Source: Macrostomum lignano
Lineage: Eukaryota
NCBI GenBank assembly: GCA_002269645.1
Contig: NIVC01000677.1
Coordinates: 310,001 to 374,000, forward strand
DNA: 64,000 nt
Direction: 5' to 3'
This document shows positions 24,793-39,200 of the stretch, piece after piece. How positions within the stretch are numbered: position 1 is the stretch's first letter; each line of letters begins with the position of its first letter. The translations under genes were made by a program, and so were the position numbers. The notes under the pieces are model-generated. The model was given only the letters and a program-made list of their open reading frames with translations. It did no database searches and was not told where the DNA came from.

Positions 24793-27700
24793 CATAGTTG
24801 CCACAGGAAAATAAAAGAATATTAGCGCAGCAGAAAAGATTTAGCGCAGCGTAAAATAATTTGTTTTAAAGTTATGTAATCATTAAAAAGCAACCACGGA
24901 TTAATAAATAATAGTAAGTCAAGTCTTAGGAAACCGAAAAGCTACATTAACCTGTTTATTTGAGTAACGAAATGATAATAAAAAACTTATTTCAGTTACT
25001 GACAATTGGATTGGATTACACTTGCACAGCAAGTACACATACATGTACATATAGCTCGAACACATACTCCTACACAAGTATGTGAATAACTATTTTCGAG
25101 TAGCTCCTAGACGAGAAAAAGCCTAGAGATATTTGATAACTTTAGGGAAAGGCTTGACTTACTAAAGGTAGTTTTAAAATCGTACGAATTTCTTACTTTA
25201 TTATGTTCTTAACAATTATTAGTTGCATTTTTTCTTCTATTGGTTCCGGAATCGCTTTGTAAAAAGCACCTGTCACTATAGTCGATTGATTTCGATTTTA
25301 AACTCATTTTTTTATTTTGAAATCAAACTAAGTTCTAACTCTCCGTCAGCTCAGTTAACATAAAAGTCAAACTAGCAAAAATTTCAATGTTCACTTCACT
25401 TGTTAGAGGGTCCGGCGGCAGTAGCACCTTCGATTCGCGCAATTTTGTTACCGCCCCTAGGCTGACTGGACACGCTCTGTCGCTTAAGCCGTTTTCGGAA
25501 TGCAGCTTCCGCCTTCGATGCAGCTGCCAGCATTTCTTGCGCCTTCCTTCGCATCTCGTCAACAGTCTGCTGCTGCGTCACTAAATCGTCCTCCTGCTGC
25601 TGCTGTTCCTCTTGAGCCTTCTTCGCTGCAGCTTCAATCGCGCGCTGTTCCTCCATCTTCTTCTGCAGTCTCTTCATCGCCTGCTGCCGCTGTTCTAATC
25701 GAGCGCGATCAGCCGCTTTACTTCGGGCTTCAAAGCCAATGGCAATTAGGCTTGGTTCAATTGTGACTGTATGTGCAGTGGCCAAATTTGCCTTCAGCCA
25801 GGTCTTGATAGTGAGCAGAGAGTTGAGCGTAAACTCGGAAAGCTTGTTCCGCTGCTTCGTTAAGTCGTTGGCCAACCACTTTAAAAACCGTTCGCTGTCC
25901 GCGTTGCCATGCGGAATGCAGCATGCACTGCGCCCTAGCTTTGATAGCAGCGGGTAAGTCGCAGTGGGCAGGCATGACCAGAACTTCTCAGGATTCGACT
26001 TTTCGAGCTCCGAGTTTGAGACACGCAACCTGGTGACTTCGAGACGCAGCTCATCAAGCTCATCAACTGCGATGACGGTGCTCATCGTTTTGGCGACCCT
26101 TAACACGGTTCTGTCGAAGTTGAAGTCCTCTCCGAGTAGATAGTTAGGGTCGACAAAGCGAAGAGCTCGGAGGATCTTGTTCTGCAGTGGCAGATATGAA
26201 AAAAGCCTCTGCACTAACTCACAATAGAAATCGCGAACGCTCTTGTAGAATCCAATGCGATCAATTGGCGACAGTCTGTCGACAGTCTCACGGGTCTTGC
26301 CACCAATCACCAGACTTGCATTGTTCAACTGATTGGAGCGTTCCTTGGCACGATCGGCGAGGTCTGACAGAGAGTTGGTCTCATTAACAACGTCTTCTCG
26401 GACAAAGCACGTCAGGATGCAGCCGCAGAGATCGTCCAGTGACGATGAAAGAAGGTGGACCTGAGTAGACTCATTTTGAAATAGCTTCTCAATCTTCTCG
26501 CACCTGGGCAAAGCTTGTTCGAGAAACTGGAGGCGTGCTAGAGCTTTGTCGGTCAAGGCCTCCCTGATGCGGCGAGCTCGGTCATTCTGAATGTTCTGCT
26601 GGTTTGAGAAGAACTGCTGCAGCGCAGGCCACTGCTCGAGAATACGACGCACCACTATTAGCACCTGGAGCCAACGGGTCTCCACTCGGCGGATAAATGC
26701 ATGCTCAGTCAGATTCAGTGCTGTCTGAATCTAAAATGCAACAGTGGGTGGCAGAGCAATATGAGCGGTACTGTTTAGAATAATATGGAGAGAACTAGAA
26801 GCATTTATTCATAGAGTTCAGGGGCAACAGACTGATGATATCACTATCAGCGATAGTAATAGGTAAAAGAACATGTGCATTTTGCTATAATTTGCTCATT
26901 TGCTTTATGGTGTACTTACTATGATCTTTTTATTATCTCAATAAATTATGCCCGACAGAAGTTCAGTTAAGTTGGATAAAAGTATCACAAAGACAGAATA
27001 TATGTATTTGTAATTGTTCTTATTCTTAAAACCAGAAATAAACTTTGTTCGCACAAGAGGCATACCTGATGGAAGGCTTTGCGTCGACTTTTGAACCGAA
27101 AATTGTTATAAACATCATCCAGGAGTCCTTCTGTCTCTCCAGAAGTGTCCAAAGCCTTTACCGCATATTGGACAGCGTTGTGCACGTGGTGTAGGCTACA
27201 CCCGCCAACATCGATTAGGTGCGGTAGCTCCTCCTTCAGTTTAGCAAGCAGGCCATTGTTTTGACCTTCGGAATGTTAGGATAAATAGTTTTATTCATTA
27301 AACATTCCATAAAAACTTACAAAGTTATCATGTCATTCACATGTTGTAATAAGGTTGTGAAAAAAAACTGCTAACTGTTAGATTACTGTATCACGTACGT
27401 TACTTACTAGTATACTATTTCTATAATATAAGACAGTTGCTACTACTTGCACGAGCGTAGTAATAGCAAATGTACATGTAGAGACATAGTAGAGACAGTA
27501 GTAGAGACATGTAAATAGTAGTGCATGTAGCAGTCACAAACTTTCATTATAAGTACATACTTATTATTATAGGTAATTAGGACATTCATATAAAAGAACA
27601 AGCTAGTTCTGCAATTGCTCACCTCGCATTGCATTGCATGAGTCAGTCATCACCGAGAGAACATGCTTAACAGGTATATTCCCTTCACGAAGTAGTTCCT

Positions 27701-28879
27701 TAACAACTGTCTTCATTCCTTCAGCAGTGCTGTCCGTCAGCTCTTTGATGCCAATCATTACAATTGGGACATTTTGGTGCTCAGTGGAGAATACTCTTGC
27801 AAGTACTGCCAGGTAGGAGCAATCACGTTTAGTGCCCTCATCCAGCATAATGGAGAAATGCGACTTGTGGAGAAGGTCAAACATTTGCTCCTTTGCGAAT
27901 GGTGCCAATGCCTCGTTAACAAGATAGATCGTTTTAGTTCTGCAGCAGGCAAATTGCTGAGCGATAGCACTGTCCGGAAATGCAACCGGAAGCAGCAATG
28001 TAAACTGGTCCATTAGGTTAAATGACAGATCCTTTTGGGCCACCAGTAATGAAAAACGCAAATTGGCCGCCATTGCTTGCTCGCTGATAGTAGTCGAACT
28101 CACAGCTTGCTTTGCTGGATCGTCGTTCATAACCAAGAAGAAACTTGTCATGGTCTTTTGTTGACCAATAGCAGATATTTGAATTTTGTGGTTTTGTCCA
28201 TCAGCGTGCTGACGAATCGCGCTGATTCCATGCTGCATTATTGAGAATGACCTGGAGCAGGCCATGCAATAGGCCTTGCCTTCAATTCTGTCTTGTTGAC
28301 ACCACTTAGAGATTAGAACGCCAGAGTTGTCTTTTACTTGTAGCCAATCGTTGTTCCATTTTGTGCCTCGTTGACTTGGCTTTGTTTTAAGAGGCATTAT
28401 GCTTGTCCTTGCTACAAGAACTCTATGTCTGGACTCAGACACTTTCTTGTTTATTTAGTTTAAGTTCAATAACATGTTTTGATTTTAAAGTGGAATAAAA
28501 AGCAGACCCATGGGGGTGAGTGGGATTGACTATTTGCTAAGCCAATAGGAATTGGCCATTTTGGGGGGGGGGTAGGGCTTGAAACTTGGGGTATCCGATC
28601 AGGGCCCCAATCAGCAACACCCCACCAGACTAAGGGATGGGTAAGGCCAAGTGGCAAGCCCCGACTGACTGCATCTTTTTAGTTCTTTCTACACAATTCT
28701 AAAGAAAGTAAAGAGTGTGCTTTGACTTAGACTTAGAGGAAGGGAAACAATGTTGACTTAGTGTAACTATAAAACTCATTTAGCGCAGAATTGAAAGCAT
28801 TTCAAAGATAATAGCGCAGTAGCGCAGCTGAAACAAAATAGCGCAGTAGCGCTAAAATAGCGCAGGTGTGGCAACTATG
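24793..28879 (-). mobile_element. Autonomous-looking hAT DNA transposon (4087 bp)
   Basis: 13-bp TIRs CATAGTTGCCACA / TGTGGCAACTATG; perfect 8-bp TSD CTAGTAGG (24785-24792; 28880-28887); subterminal TAGCGCAG repeats at both ends. Confidence 0.92.
25396..28397 (-). CDS. hAT transposase, 3 exons (28397..27623, 27265..27066, 26730..25396), 769 aa
   Basis: N-terminal Zn finger (CMAC...H...H), LDE, TDS, CSLH, RW and SER motifs plus a hATC-like region. The GT/AG joins are in phase (1, then 0) and give an uninterrupted 2310-nt frame. Confidence 0.88.
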
Positions 28880-30433
28880 CTAGTAGGATTATCTTTTGCA
28901 AAATCCAATATCTCAAGTGCACTTTTGCATATATTAAGAATTAGCAATTTTGTCTAAAATTCTGCGACGCATTTTTTCCAGATTTTTTGATGCAAAATCG
29001 CATTTTTTTCTCACAATCGCATAACGCGTTGTGATTTTTCTGCAAGAATTCCATCCAGGTCTATTGGCGCATACTTGGGATAGATCTAACCCTTCCCTGT
29101 GCAGCGTATAAAGCAACAAAAATTATTGTATGCACAGTGCATACTTGGAACTATGGTAAAGGCTTAGTATGCCAGTCTTCTAAAAGAATATTTGAAGAAA
29201 GTTCTTATAATTATATTAGAAAGCAACAAAAGGCTATCAACATGCAAAATGAGCACATTCAGTTAAAGAAATAGAAGGCATCTAGTACTGCTTAAACAAG
29301 GTCATTGCCTAGTTGGCAAAGATATGACATTAAAGTTTAATAAAGAAAGTCAATCAATCTAGAAATTAGAATAAGCTACATTGATTAAGGCCTAGGGCAG
29401 CCTAACCTTTTTGATAGCTTGCTAGTGTAATAAGCCTTTGGCTATAGAAACATCATGGCTTTAGTTTAAATGAGACAAATGCAACAAGGACAATGTAAAC
29501 TAGGCCTAGCCTAGACTGTTTGCAATTGCAATTTCCCTAAAAAAGTAAAAACATTGCAATATAGGCCTATATATATATAGTGTACAAGGTAGGCCTAGGC
29601 CCTATTGCCACTTGCCAGTATTGGTAAATGTAAAAATTTTTGTTAACTATGAAGGCAAGGATATCACAAACAACAGACCCAGGAATCCAGGATCTGGATA
29701 GACCAAATCAATAGCCTAGTGACTAGTAGTAGTAGGCCCAGTCTGATATAGATTATGATTAGGCCTACATTAGACTTGGGTTAGGCGGTTACGAAAACTA
29801 TTATAAAAAAAGTACAAATAGGCCTATTCTGGTTTATTTTCATTCTGTTAGTGATGTCAATGATTAGATAAACTACCTCTTTGGTCGTACTTTTAAGCGG
29901 TTCCCAACCAGTGAAAATGATCATGCACTGTGCACAGCAAACTTACTTCGGCAAAAAATTCCAGGTCTAGATGTTTCTTTAAATCCAAATTATTACGTAA
30001 AAAACTTAACCTGTTTAAAGAGCAGCCTATTAAGTTAAAATAAAAACTCAGCTTATAGAAAGTTGAATTTATTCTTTTAAATATTTTTTCTTTTAGATAT
30101 TTTCCTTTTTGTTACTTTTGGCAACATCTTTTAAATTGTAGTTTTTCCTAGACACACGCATTTGAATAGCATTTTAGAAGAATCGTTTTGCATCACGGTC
30201 TCGGTATCCGTTTTTTTATTATTCCCTACTTTCAATCTTGTCGTTCTGTTGTTTGTCGTTAGTCGTTCGAAAAAACTTTCGAATTCCAGACGCTCTTTCA
30301 AATACCTTACTTATACAATATACAAATATCGTAAATCGTATTCATCGATCATGTAAAAATAATAATCTTTTTGAACAAATATTAAATACATCGAATCGTA
30401 TTGGCAAAACAGGCTCTTTGCCTGAGCCGAACT

Positions 30434-30434
<1 letters not shown>

Positions 30435-30477
<43 letters not shown>

Positions 30478-30478
30478 A
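30435..30478. repeat. (CTA)n microsatellite
   Basis: About 14 perfect CTA units. Confidence 0.9.
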
Positions 30479-31740
30479 CGAACCATAAAGCTCTTAAAAC
30501 ACAGGGTTACGATTCACGAAGTCGTCATGGTTCTGGTTCTTTGTGGATTTACCGCAATGAGCACCTAAAGTAAGATTTACGACACTCATAAATCGTAAAA
30601 AATCACTGGAAGCCGGTTTTCGCTGCAAAATTCATTAGCGACAGAGGTAGTTTTTGTTTTTCAGCTAGAAACTCAAAAGTCTCACCTTACATTTCTTTTG
30701 AAATCTGGGCTTTTGAAGTGAAAATCTGGGCAGTCACAAGTTTACTGGAGACTGGAAAGCTAGCTAAGTTAGGGAACATTACGAATTTTTTAATGTATTT
30801 TTGGACATTATGCAAAAATCTGAGGCAAATTAAGCAAGCAAGAGTACTTTTAAGACCTCTCAGTCTCACCTCACCCCATCCCCATAATATCCACTTTGGT
30901 TATAATTTGATGTGGTGCAAAAACAAAAGAACTGTTGAGCAAAAAATACACAAAGAAATTATTTAAAATATGTACAAGTTCACACACTTAGCAAGGTTCA
31001 AGTGTATCTATCGACTATCTATCATGATATAGAAAATTATACTTGTAATTTGTATAATGGTTAGTTATATATATATTTAATTTATTTATTTTATTGCTAG
31101 GTTTGTTAGAGTATCTAGTCAATCTGGCAATAGGATGCTCCAGCAATAAGCAATCTGGCAATAGGCCTAGTAAAAACAGTGATAGTCAATCTAGTAACAA
31201 TTTGTAATTGTAGTAAAAAGCTATTAAATTAGCTAATTGCTTTTTTGGCATTTAAGCAGATTAGAGAGCTTATAGTATTATATCCCATTTTTAGTATATA
31301 GGATTTATTATTATATTTATTACTGTTATTAATATATTAATATTATTAAGAATGTTTATTTATTTATTTTTAATAGAATATAGACAGAAATAGTTTTGAA
31401 GATTAAAAGTTAGTAGGTTCAAAATCAATAGGTTTCAATGTTTTTTTTTATAATGATAATATTGCTTTGAAAAATGGGAAACTGCATTAGATTGACGCAT
31501 TCTCTAATTTCACTGAGGGCTGCACACTAGTTTTATAATCAAATGGCTTGCAAGTATTATAGGAGTTCACTTGCAATACACAGATAGGCCTAAACATTGC
31601 ATCAGTTTTAGTATTTAAATATATTATTATATTAAATTGTTTGAGGTGAAACTATAAATTATATAAGAAGTATAGCCATTATGTATATATTTTATTAGAA
31701 AAGATACTGTCTTAAAGTCAATTCTCTATATATCTTTACT

Positions 31741-31774
<34 letters not shown>

Positions 31775-33261
31775 GTATATATATTTACTTATATATTCTC
31801 TATATAAGTAAAATTAAAAACTACACATAAAGTTGTATTTTGTATCTAAAATCCATAAAATCTATAATACAAAATCTGTTGCCAGATTGTCTGTCACCAT
31901 TTTGATTATTACCAGATTGTCTGTTGCTAGAGTATCTTGTTGCCAGATTGACTAAATACTATGTATTTTGGAATCTTCTTGGCTTGAGTTAATCACTTAA
32001 AATTATAGCATTTTTTACTTCTATTATTCTATTTGGCTTTACTATACTGTACTGTGCCTTATTCAAAGTATAAATATGAGCTACTAGCTTCAAGCATTAT
32101 AGGTTTTTTTGTTTTAGCTCATTAATTATCTAAGTTTTTAAAATTCATTATTACCAATATAACTATTACTTAATTGAATTATATTCTAATATATTATTCA
32201 CTAAGTCACTATAGGCTTTAGTCTATAACAAAATCTATATGCTAAGTATAAAAAGCAAGAAATGCTATTTATATACCAATTGATACTAATCTTTTCATTT
32301 GTAATGAACTTAAGTAAAGAACTTAAGAAATATTCTAATAGAGAGTAGTAAGACTATTTTAATGTATTATATGATCTCTAATATAGCTATTGCTTATCTA
32401 AGACCAAAATGTAAATCTCATTGAACTAGACTTTAAAATTAATATTGTGATATCATTGTTTACCAAAGGCTATGCCTATTACCCATTTATTTTTTATCTT
32501 ATTGTTATTGCTTTTTAATACAATACATTTTTTATTTCAGAGTAGGAGTCGGTAATGGAGGGTAATAAAATTAATTTATTATTTAAATAGATTTAAATAT
32601 ATTATAAGCAATAACCAATATATAATTATATATAAGTAATAAAATTAATATATAATGGGTAGTACAAACTAAAAAAAATAAAAAGGCTTTAATTATAGGA
32701 CAATGAACAAGTATGGTCTATGCTTTTGTTTTTTTATCTTCTAACTATTAGGCCTACAAAATTACAAAAGATATGCTTATACTTTGTAGATAATGAATAG
32801 TTACAGCTTTGATTTAAGGGAAAGACATTTTTCTTTATTGGAAATTAATTTGGCATCTATTCTATGGTATAAATAGAAACTTAGTAGGGATCCCAAGGGG
32901 AATGTATATTCAAACTCTAAATTGCACTAGTTATACAACTTAGTTTTGCAACTTGGCCAAAAAAATATTAAAAATGTCATTTTTATCAGAACTTATCTAA
33001 TTATGCTAATTTTACAACTAAAATTTGGTTTGCCACAAATTTTGCTAGCTAGGCCTATATTGGCTTGGTAAGCCAGCAGTTGTACATGTACACTTGTATG
33101 CTCAGGGGGATTAGCCTATATTTTGCCAAGTTTCTTAGTACTACATAGATAGTACATTAGTGGTTATATCATGTAGATATCATTAAGTTATATTGAGCTA
33201 CATTAAGTCATAAAAACAACAAAATGTACTGCCTTACAGTCAAGGAGAAGAAACAGTCACA

Positions 33262-36200
33262 ATGGCTACATACCATGATGCCACCAATCTGATTGCACTT
33301 TTGCACTCTTCTGATATTCAAACTGTTCGGGAGACTGAATCTTTCTTGCGGGAGCATCTGCAGATTGGTAATTGTTCCTTTCAATTAACACAATGCTTTA
33401 ATTTTGTTTATGTGACCTGATTCTTAAGTCACTTACTTGCTAATTAAAATTGAAGGCAAAGACAGCAGCGGCCTCGTGTGCGCTCTAGTTGACGACTACA
33501 TTGTAGCTCAGGACGAGTGCACACTGTCCCTGCTAGGATTGGTCGAAGATCCTCTGGATAAGGTTTGCTGATCTGACTGCTTTCTGTGTTATTTTCAGTA
33601 TGCTAATGTATGGAAAAGTTATAATCAAAGTTCATAGCTTTGGGTTGATTATAGTTTTACAGGAGATTGCTTACTGACGAGTAGAGAATTGATTGATTGT
33701 TAAGCAAAAATTTTTTGAAAATCTTGAGACCTTGATTAAGGCAGATGGAGGCTACTTGGCTTATTTAATTTAGCTGAAGCCTTCAACGTCTCCCAATCCA
33801 CGCTGAAAGGACCCAATCTCAAGGTGGCCCAAGCACGGACTCCTGGAGGACCCATGTCTGTTCCAGTGACATAATCTGACACCCCGTTTAACAACAATTT
33901 CCATCAAGACCTGCTCCCTATCTAACTACTAACATTTCCCTAGGGCTACTACTACTACTAAACTACTAATAGTAGCGTAAAAGCAAAAAAACTGCTGTCA
34001 TCACAATTTCTATAGTTTGCGATTACAATTGGGTTTGTGAGTCTGTAAGGTTCAAGACCAAATGAGAAAGATTAATAACTCAAAAGCCTTATGAGTAAGT
34101 TTAAAAATGAGGTCTTAAGGAATTGCTATTCCTGCTGGTAATTGTGCAGTTACTGTATTATCAAACACGCATGCCGAAACCTCTACAGGACTTGTCCGAC
34201 CGCATAGCCGAACACCTGAGAGCGGACTCCTCTCGAGTGCACGCTATGAACCTCCTTGGCCGACTAGTTCAACGCCAGCCTCTCTGGCTGTCCTCGATCT
34301 TCTCTAACGGACTGTTCCAGACTCTGCTTCGATTGCTATTAAAATGCGATCCGCCAGCCGATCTGCCGTTTGCTATCAGCGGCGGCCTCCTGCTGTGCAC
34401 CTTGGTGCCTCTGTCGGCCGGCTGCCTCACGCCGCACCTGTCCGACATCTGCAGCCTGCTGGTCCGCATGGCGGCCGCCGCTAGCAGGCGCTCCGTTGAT
34501 CCGCCACCATCGCCGTCGACTGCAGCGCCGCCAACGTCAGTCGCAGTTACCGCGGCTTCAACTGATGATTTGCCGCTGCTGCACCTGCACGCAACCGTGT
34601 ACGCCCTGTTCAACCGGCTGTACGCCATCTTCCCCAACTACCTGTTGGATTACCTGCGCTCCCAGTTGAAACGAAATAGTCGCGAATTCGCTCCGCTATT
34701 TAATTCGATATTCCGCGATTTACTGAGCCGAGTCAGAGCTCACCCGCTGCTGGTGGCCGGCACTAAAGACGCCGAACTGCAGGCGCAGCGCTGGCGTCGG
34801 GTGACCTCGGCTGACCTCATGCTGGAGTGCGGCCGCTACTGCCTGGACCTGGTCGAGACCACAGCTGGCGAGGCCGGCATTCAACTGGCGGCTACGTGCA
34901 GGCAGTTGGAGCAGCAACAGCAGCAGGCGGTTAGCGAGGAGGCTCGCGACCTGCTGGCCTCATCTCAGTTGGGGCAAAGCCAGTCGCATCAGCTGCAGAC
35001 TTCCGGTGCCGATGCCGGAGTGGATTCCAATGCCGCTGCCGCTCCGGCAACTGCTGCGGCTGATGCTGACGCTCAGGATGAGCTGATGCTGCAACAGGTG
35101 AGTGCAATTTTGTAGTTCTCCCACTGGACCCAAGTTTTCCCACTGAGATTCTCTTGCCGAGAATTCAGTGCCAGGATTTGGCGATTCGCACAGCGAGGGC
35201 TCGGAAATCCAGGTCATACGAGTGTTAGGACGGATGCCCTGAAATCTATTTAAAAATTTGTAGCCACTGCACTGCTACACACTTTAGGCATGTGCATGTA
35301 CATCACATTGTGTCGCCTCAGAAGCGCCTGGGAGTGGTTTCAGAGTCGTAGGCAATAAAACACCTCAAATTGACTCTTAGGCGACTCTTCGACGACTTTT
35401 TGGCGACTCGTACCGTGACATCTCGTCATTTTAGAGTCGTGTAGAGTTGCTTCGGTCCTATTTTACCTGTGTTACCTTCAACGACTCTGAAACCACTTTG
35501 GGGCGACGCAAGTGACTTCGGGACGCTTCTTACCTTTTTATCATATCGGGAAAAATAGAAAGGCGCAGTGAATTTAGGGGCGCTAAAAAATCCCCATAAA
35601 TCGTAGCAACAAGTATTGTTACGGAAATCAAGGAAATCCCCAAAATCCCGCCTATAAATCAGGGAAATCCCAAATATCCCGCCTATAAATCAGGGAAATC
35701 CAAAATATACCGCCTATAAATCAGGGAAATCCCCAATATACCGCCTTTAAATCAGGGAAATCCCAAAAATCCCGCCTATAAATCAGGGAAATCCCAAATA
35801 TCCCGCCTATAAATCAGGGAAATCCCAAATAAACCGCCTATAAATCAGGGAAATCCCAAATATACCGCCTATAAATCAGGGAAATCCCAAATATCCCGCC
35901 TATAAATCAGGGAAATCCCAAATATCCCGCCTAAAAATCAGGGAATTCCCAAATATCCCGCCTAAAAATCCCGATAAATCAAGGAAATCCCCAATATCCC
36001 GCCTACAAATCCCTAAAATCAAGAAAGCCCTCATTATGTCGCTCGTGCCCCATCTCCCACACTGCTCAGGTGCTCCCAGAGGACGGCACATTTCCATCCA
36101 AGGAGTCGTTCCTGTGCTCCAGTCTGGTCCGCCGGGTGCGCACCCGCCTGTACACGCACCAGCCAGGCTCCGCCGATCCCTACTCAGCTGAGCTGGCTGT

Positions 36201-39200
36201 GTCTCCCATTGTGTCAGCTTCCGCCTCGTCAGCTGGCGGCCAACTCTGGCTTCGTCAGTTGCAGCAGCAGCAGCGGTCGCTGGCGCATCGGCATCGAAAG
36301 CTGCCGCTGCCAGGCCAAAGGAGGCGCTCCTTGAGCTCTCCCGCTCTGCTAGACGTGGAGCTGGCATCGCAGGAGCAGCAAAATCATAATCAGCAGCAGC
36401 AGCAGCGGCAGATTCGATTTAGTGGTAAAGAGAACAAAAAAGCAGCTGCTGACGTGGACGATGGGAGAGCGCAGCCTTTTAATAAATCCAATGAAAGCGA
36501 CAGAGCAACGGAGCAGGTGCAGAACTTTTTTTGCAGGATATTTTTTAAACACAGCGAATTCCTTTCTCAGCCTCTGGCTAATCTCCTCAAGGATCTGTAA
36601 AAAAAAATCTCACTGAGAATCTCCACCCACCAATACCCCGAATCTCACGCACCAATACCCAGATAATCTCACCCAGCCAGCACCCAGAGAATCTCACCCA
36701 ACCAGCACCCAGAGAATCTCACCCAACCTGCACCCAGAGAATCTCACCCAGCCAGCACTCAGAGAATCTCACCCAGCCAGCACCCAGAGAATCTCACCCA
36801 ACCAGCACCCAGAGAATCTCACCCAACCAGCACCCAGAGAATCTCACCCAGCCAGCACCCAGAGAATCTCACCCAGCCAGCACCCAGAGAATCTCACCCA
36901 GCCAGCACCCAGAGAATCTCACCCAGCCAGCACCCAGAGAATCTCACCCAGCCAGCACCCAGAGAATCTCACCCAACCAGCACCCAGAGAATCTCACCCA
37001 GCCAGCACCCAGAGAATCTCACCCAACCAGCACCCAGAGAATCTCACCCAGCCAGGACCCAGAGAATCTCACCCAACCAGCACCCAGAGAATCTCACCCA
37101 GCCAGCACCCAGAGAATCTCACCCAACCAGCACCCAGAGAATCTCACCCAACCCGCGCCCAAGTCAGCACAGCCAGGTGTTGGACACAGCTCACTCAGCT
37201 GCCCCATCCAAATTCAGTCAACAGACTGCGGTGCCAGCAGCAACGGCCTGCAGCTCCGGCCGCCCCCAGCGGTGCTCAGCCGGGACAGCCAGTCGTACGC
37301 CGAGCTGTTCCTGTCCGCCCTGCCCATGTTCCCCTTGGCCAAGTGTCCGGAGTGCGGCCACGTGTCCGCCGGGCCGCACTTGTACTGCCAGCCGGCGGCC
37401 GCCTGCAGTCAGCCGCTGCCGCAGTGCCTCAGCCTGGCTCCAGCCGATCTCCTTGACGCCGCCGTCATCTGCTCGGCCGAGCTGCATCAATTATTTCTTG
37501 AGCAGCGGCAGATAAAGCAGAATACTGGTAAAGCCGCTGAGCCAAGCAAATTGGAGCAGCAACTGCGCGCCCAGCTGCTGCAATCCCGCTGTCTGCTGAT
37601 GTACGAGCGCCACCGCCGGGAGCTGCACGCCCAGCGGAACCGCCGCCTCCTGGCCCGCCTGGTCCGGCTGCGCAGTCTGGAGGCCGAAGCCGAGGACGCC
37701 AGGCGTCTCGGCAGGTCGAAAATTCTTCAACGAGTCGACGAACTTGAGAGCTGCCTGTTGAACGAGCGCGCCGAGTGGCAGCGGGAGCGAGCCGAACTGC
37801 TCGAACAGGCCGAGTCCGCCCGCCGACTCGCCGACGAACGGGCGCGAGAAGCGGCGGCCTCAAAGGACAAGGCCCGCTCGGCTGCCGACCTCTGCCAGGA
37901 CCTGCGCCGCCTGCTTGAGGAAGAGCGGAATCAGCGGATGCGAGCTCAGGCCCGGCTGGAGAATGCGGAGTTGGAACTGCTGGCCTGCAAGTCTGATGGA
38001 GAGGTTCGGCCCTTTGCTATTGGCTATCACCTGCGATTGCCCCCTTCACCAACCCTGATTGCCCCCTTCACCAACCCCGATTGCCCCCTTCACCAACCCC
38101 GATTGCCCCCTTCACCAACCCTGATTGCCCCCTTCACCAACCCCGATTGCCCCCTTCACCAACCCCGATTGCCCCCTTCACCAACCCCGATTGCCCCCTT
38201 CACCAACCCCGATTGCCCCCTTCACCAACCCTGATTGCCCCCTTCACCAACCCTGATTGCCCCCTTCACCAACCCCGATTGCCCCCTTCACCAATCCTGA
38301 TTTCCCCAATCAGCAACCTCAATTGCCCTAATAACCAACCCCAATTGCCCCAATCAACAACCCCAATTGCCGCAATCACCAACCCCAATTGCCCCAATCA
38401 CCAACCATAATTGCCCCAATCACCAACCCCAATTGTCCCCTTCACCAACCCCGATTGCCGCCTTCACCAACCCCGATTGCCGCCTTCACCAACCCTGATT
38501 GCCCCCTTCACCAACCCTGATTGCCCCCTTCACCAACCCCGATTGCCCCCTTCACCAATCCTGATTGCCCCAGTCAGCAACCTCAATTGCCCTAATAACC
38601 AACCCCAATTGCCCCAATCAACAACCCCAATTGCCGCAATCACCAACCCCAATTGCTCCAATCACCAACCATAATTGCCCCAATCACCAACCCCAATTGT
38701 CCCCTTCACCAACCCCGATTGCCGCCTTCACCAACCCCGATTGCCGCCTTCACCAACCCCGATTGCCCCCTTCACCAACCCTGATTGCCCCCTTCACCAA
38801 CCCTGATTGCCCCCTTCACCAACCCGATTGCCCCCTTCACCAACCCCAATTGCCCCCTTCACCAACCCCGATTGCCCCCTTCACCAACCCCGATTGCCCC
38901 CTTCACCAACCATAATTGCCCCAATCACCAACCCCAATTGCCCCAATCACCAACCCCAATTATCCCAATCAACAACCTCAATCACCAACCCCAATTGTCC
39001 CCTTCACCAACCCCAATTGCCCCAATCACCAACCCCAATTATCCCAATCACCAACCTCAATCACCAACCCCAATTGCCCCAATCACCAACCCCAATTATC
39101 CCAATCACCAACCTCAATCACCAACCCCAATTGTCCCCTTCACCAATCTCAATCACCAACCCCAATCACCTACCCGTCACCCAACTAATCTCCATCACCC

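Noticed and set aside
28880-33230. AT-rich stretch with short ORFs, (TA)n and possible old transposon pieces
   Set aside because: No protein motifs, TIR pairs or TSDs could be established by eye.
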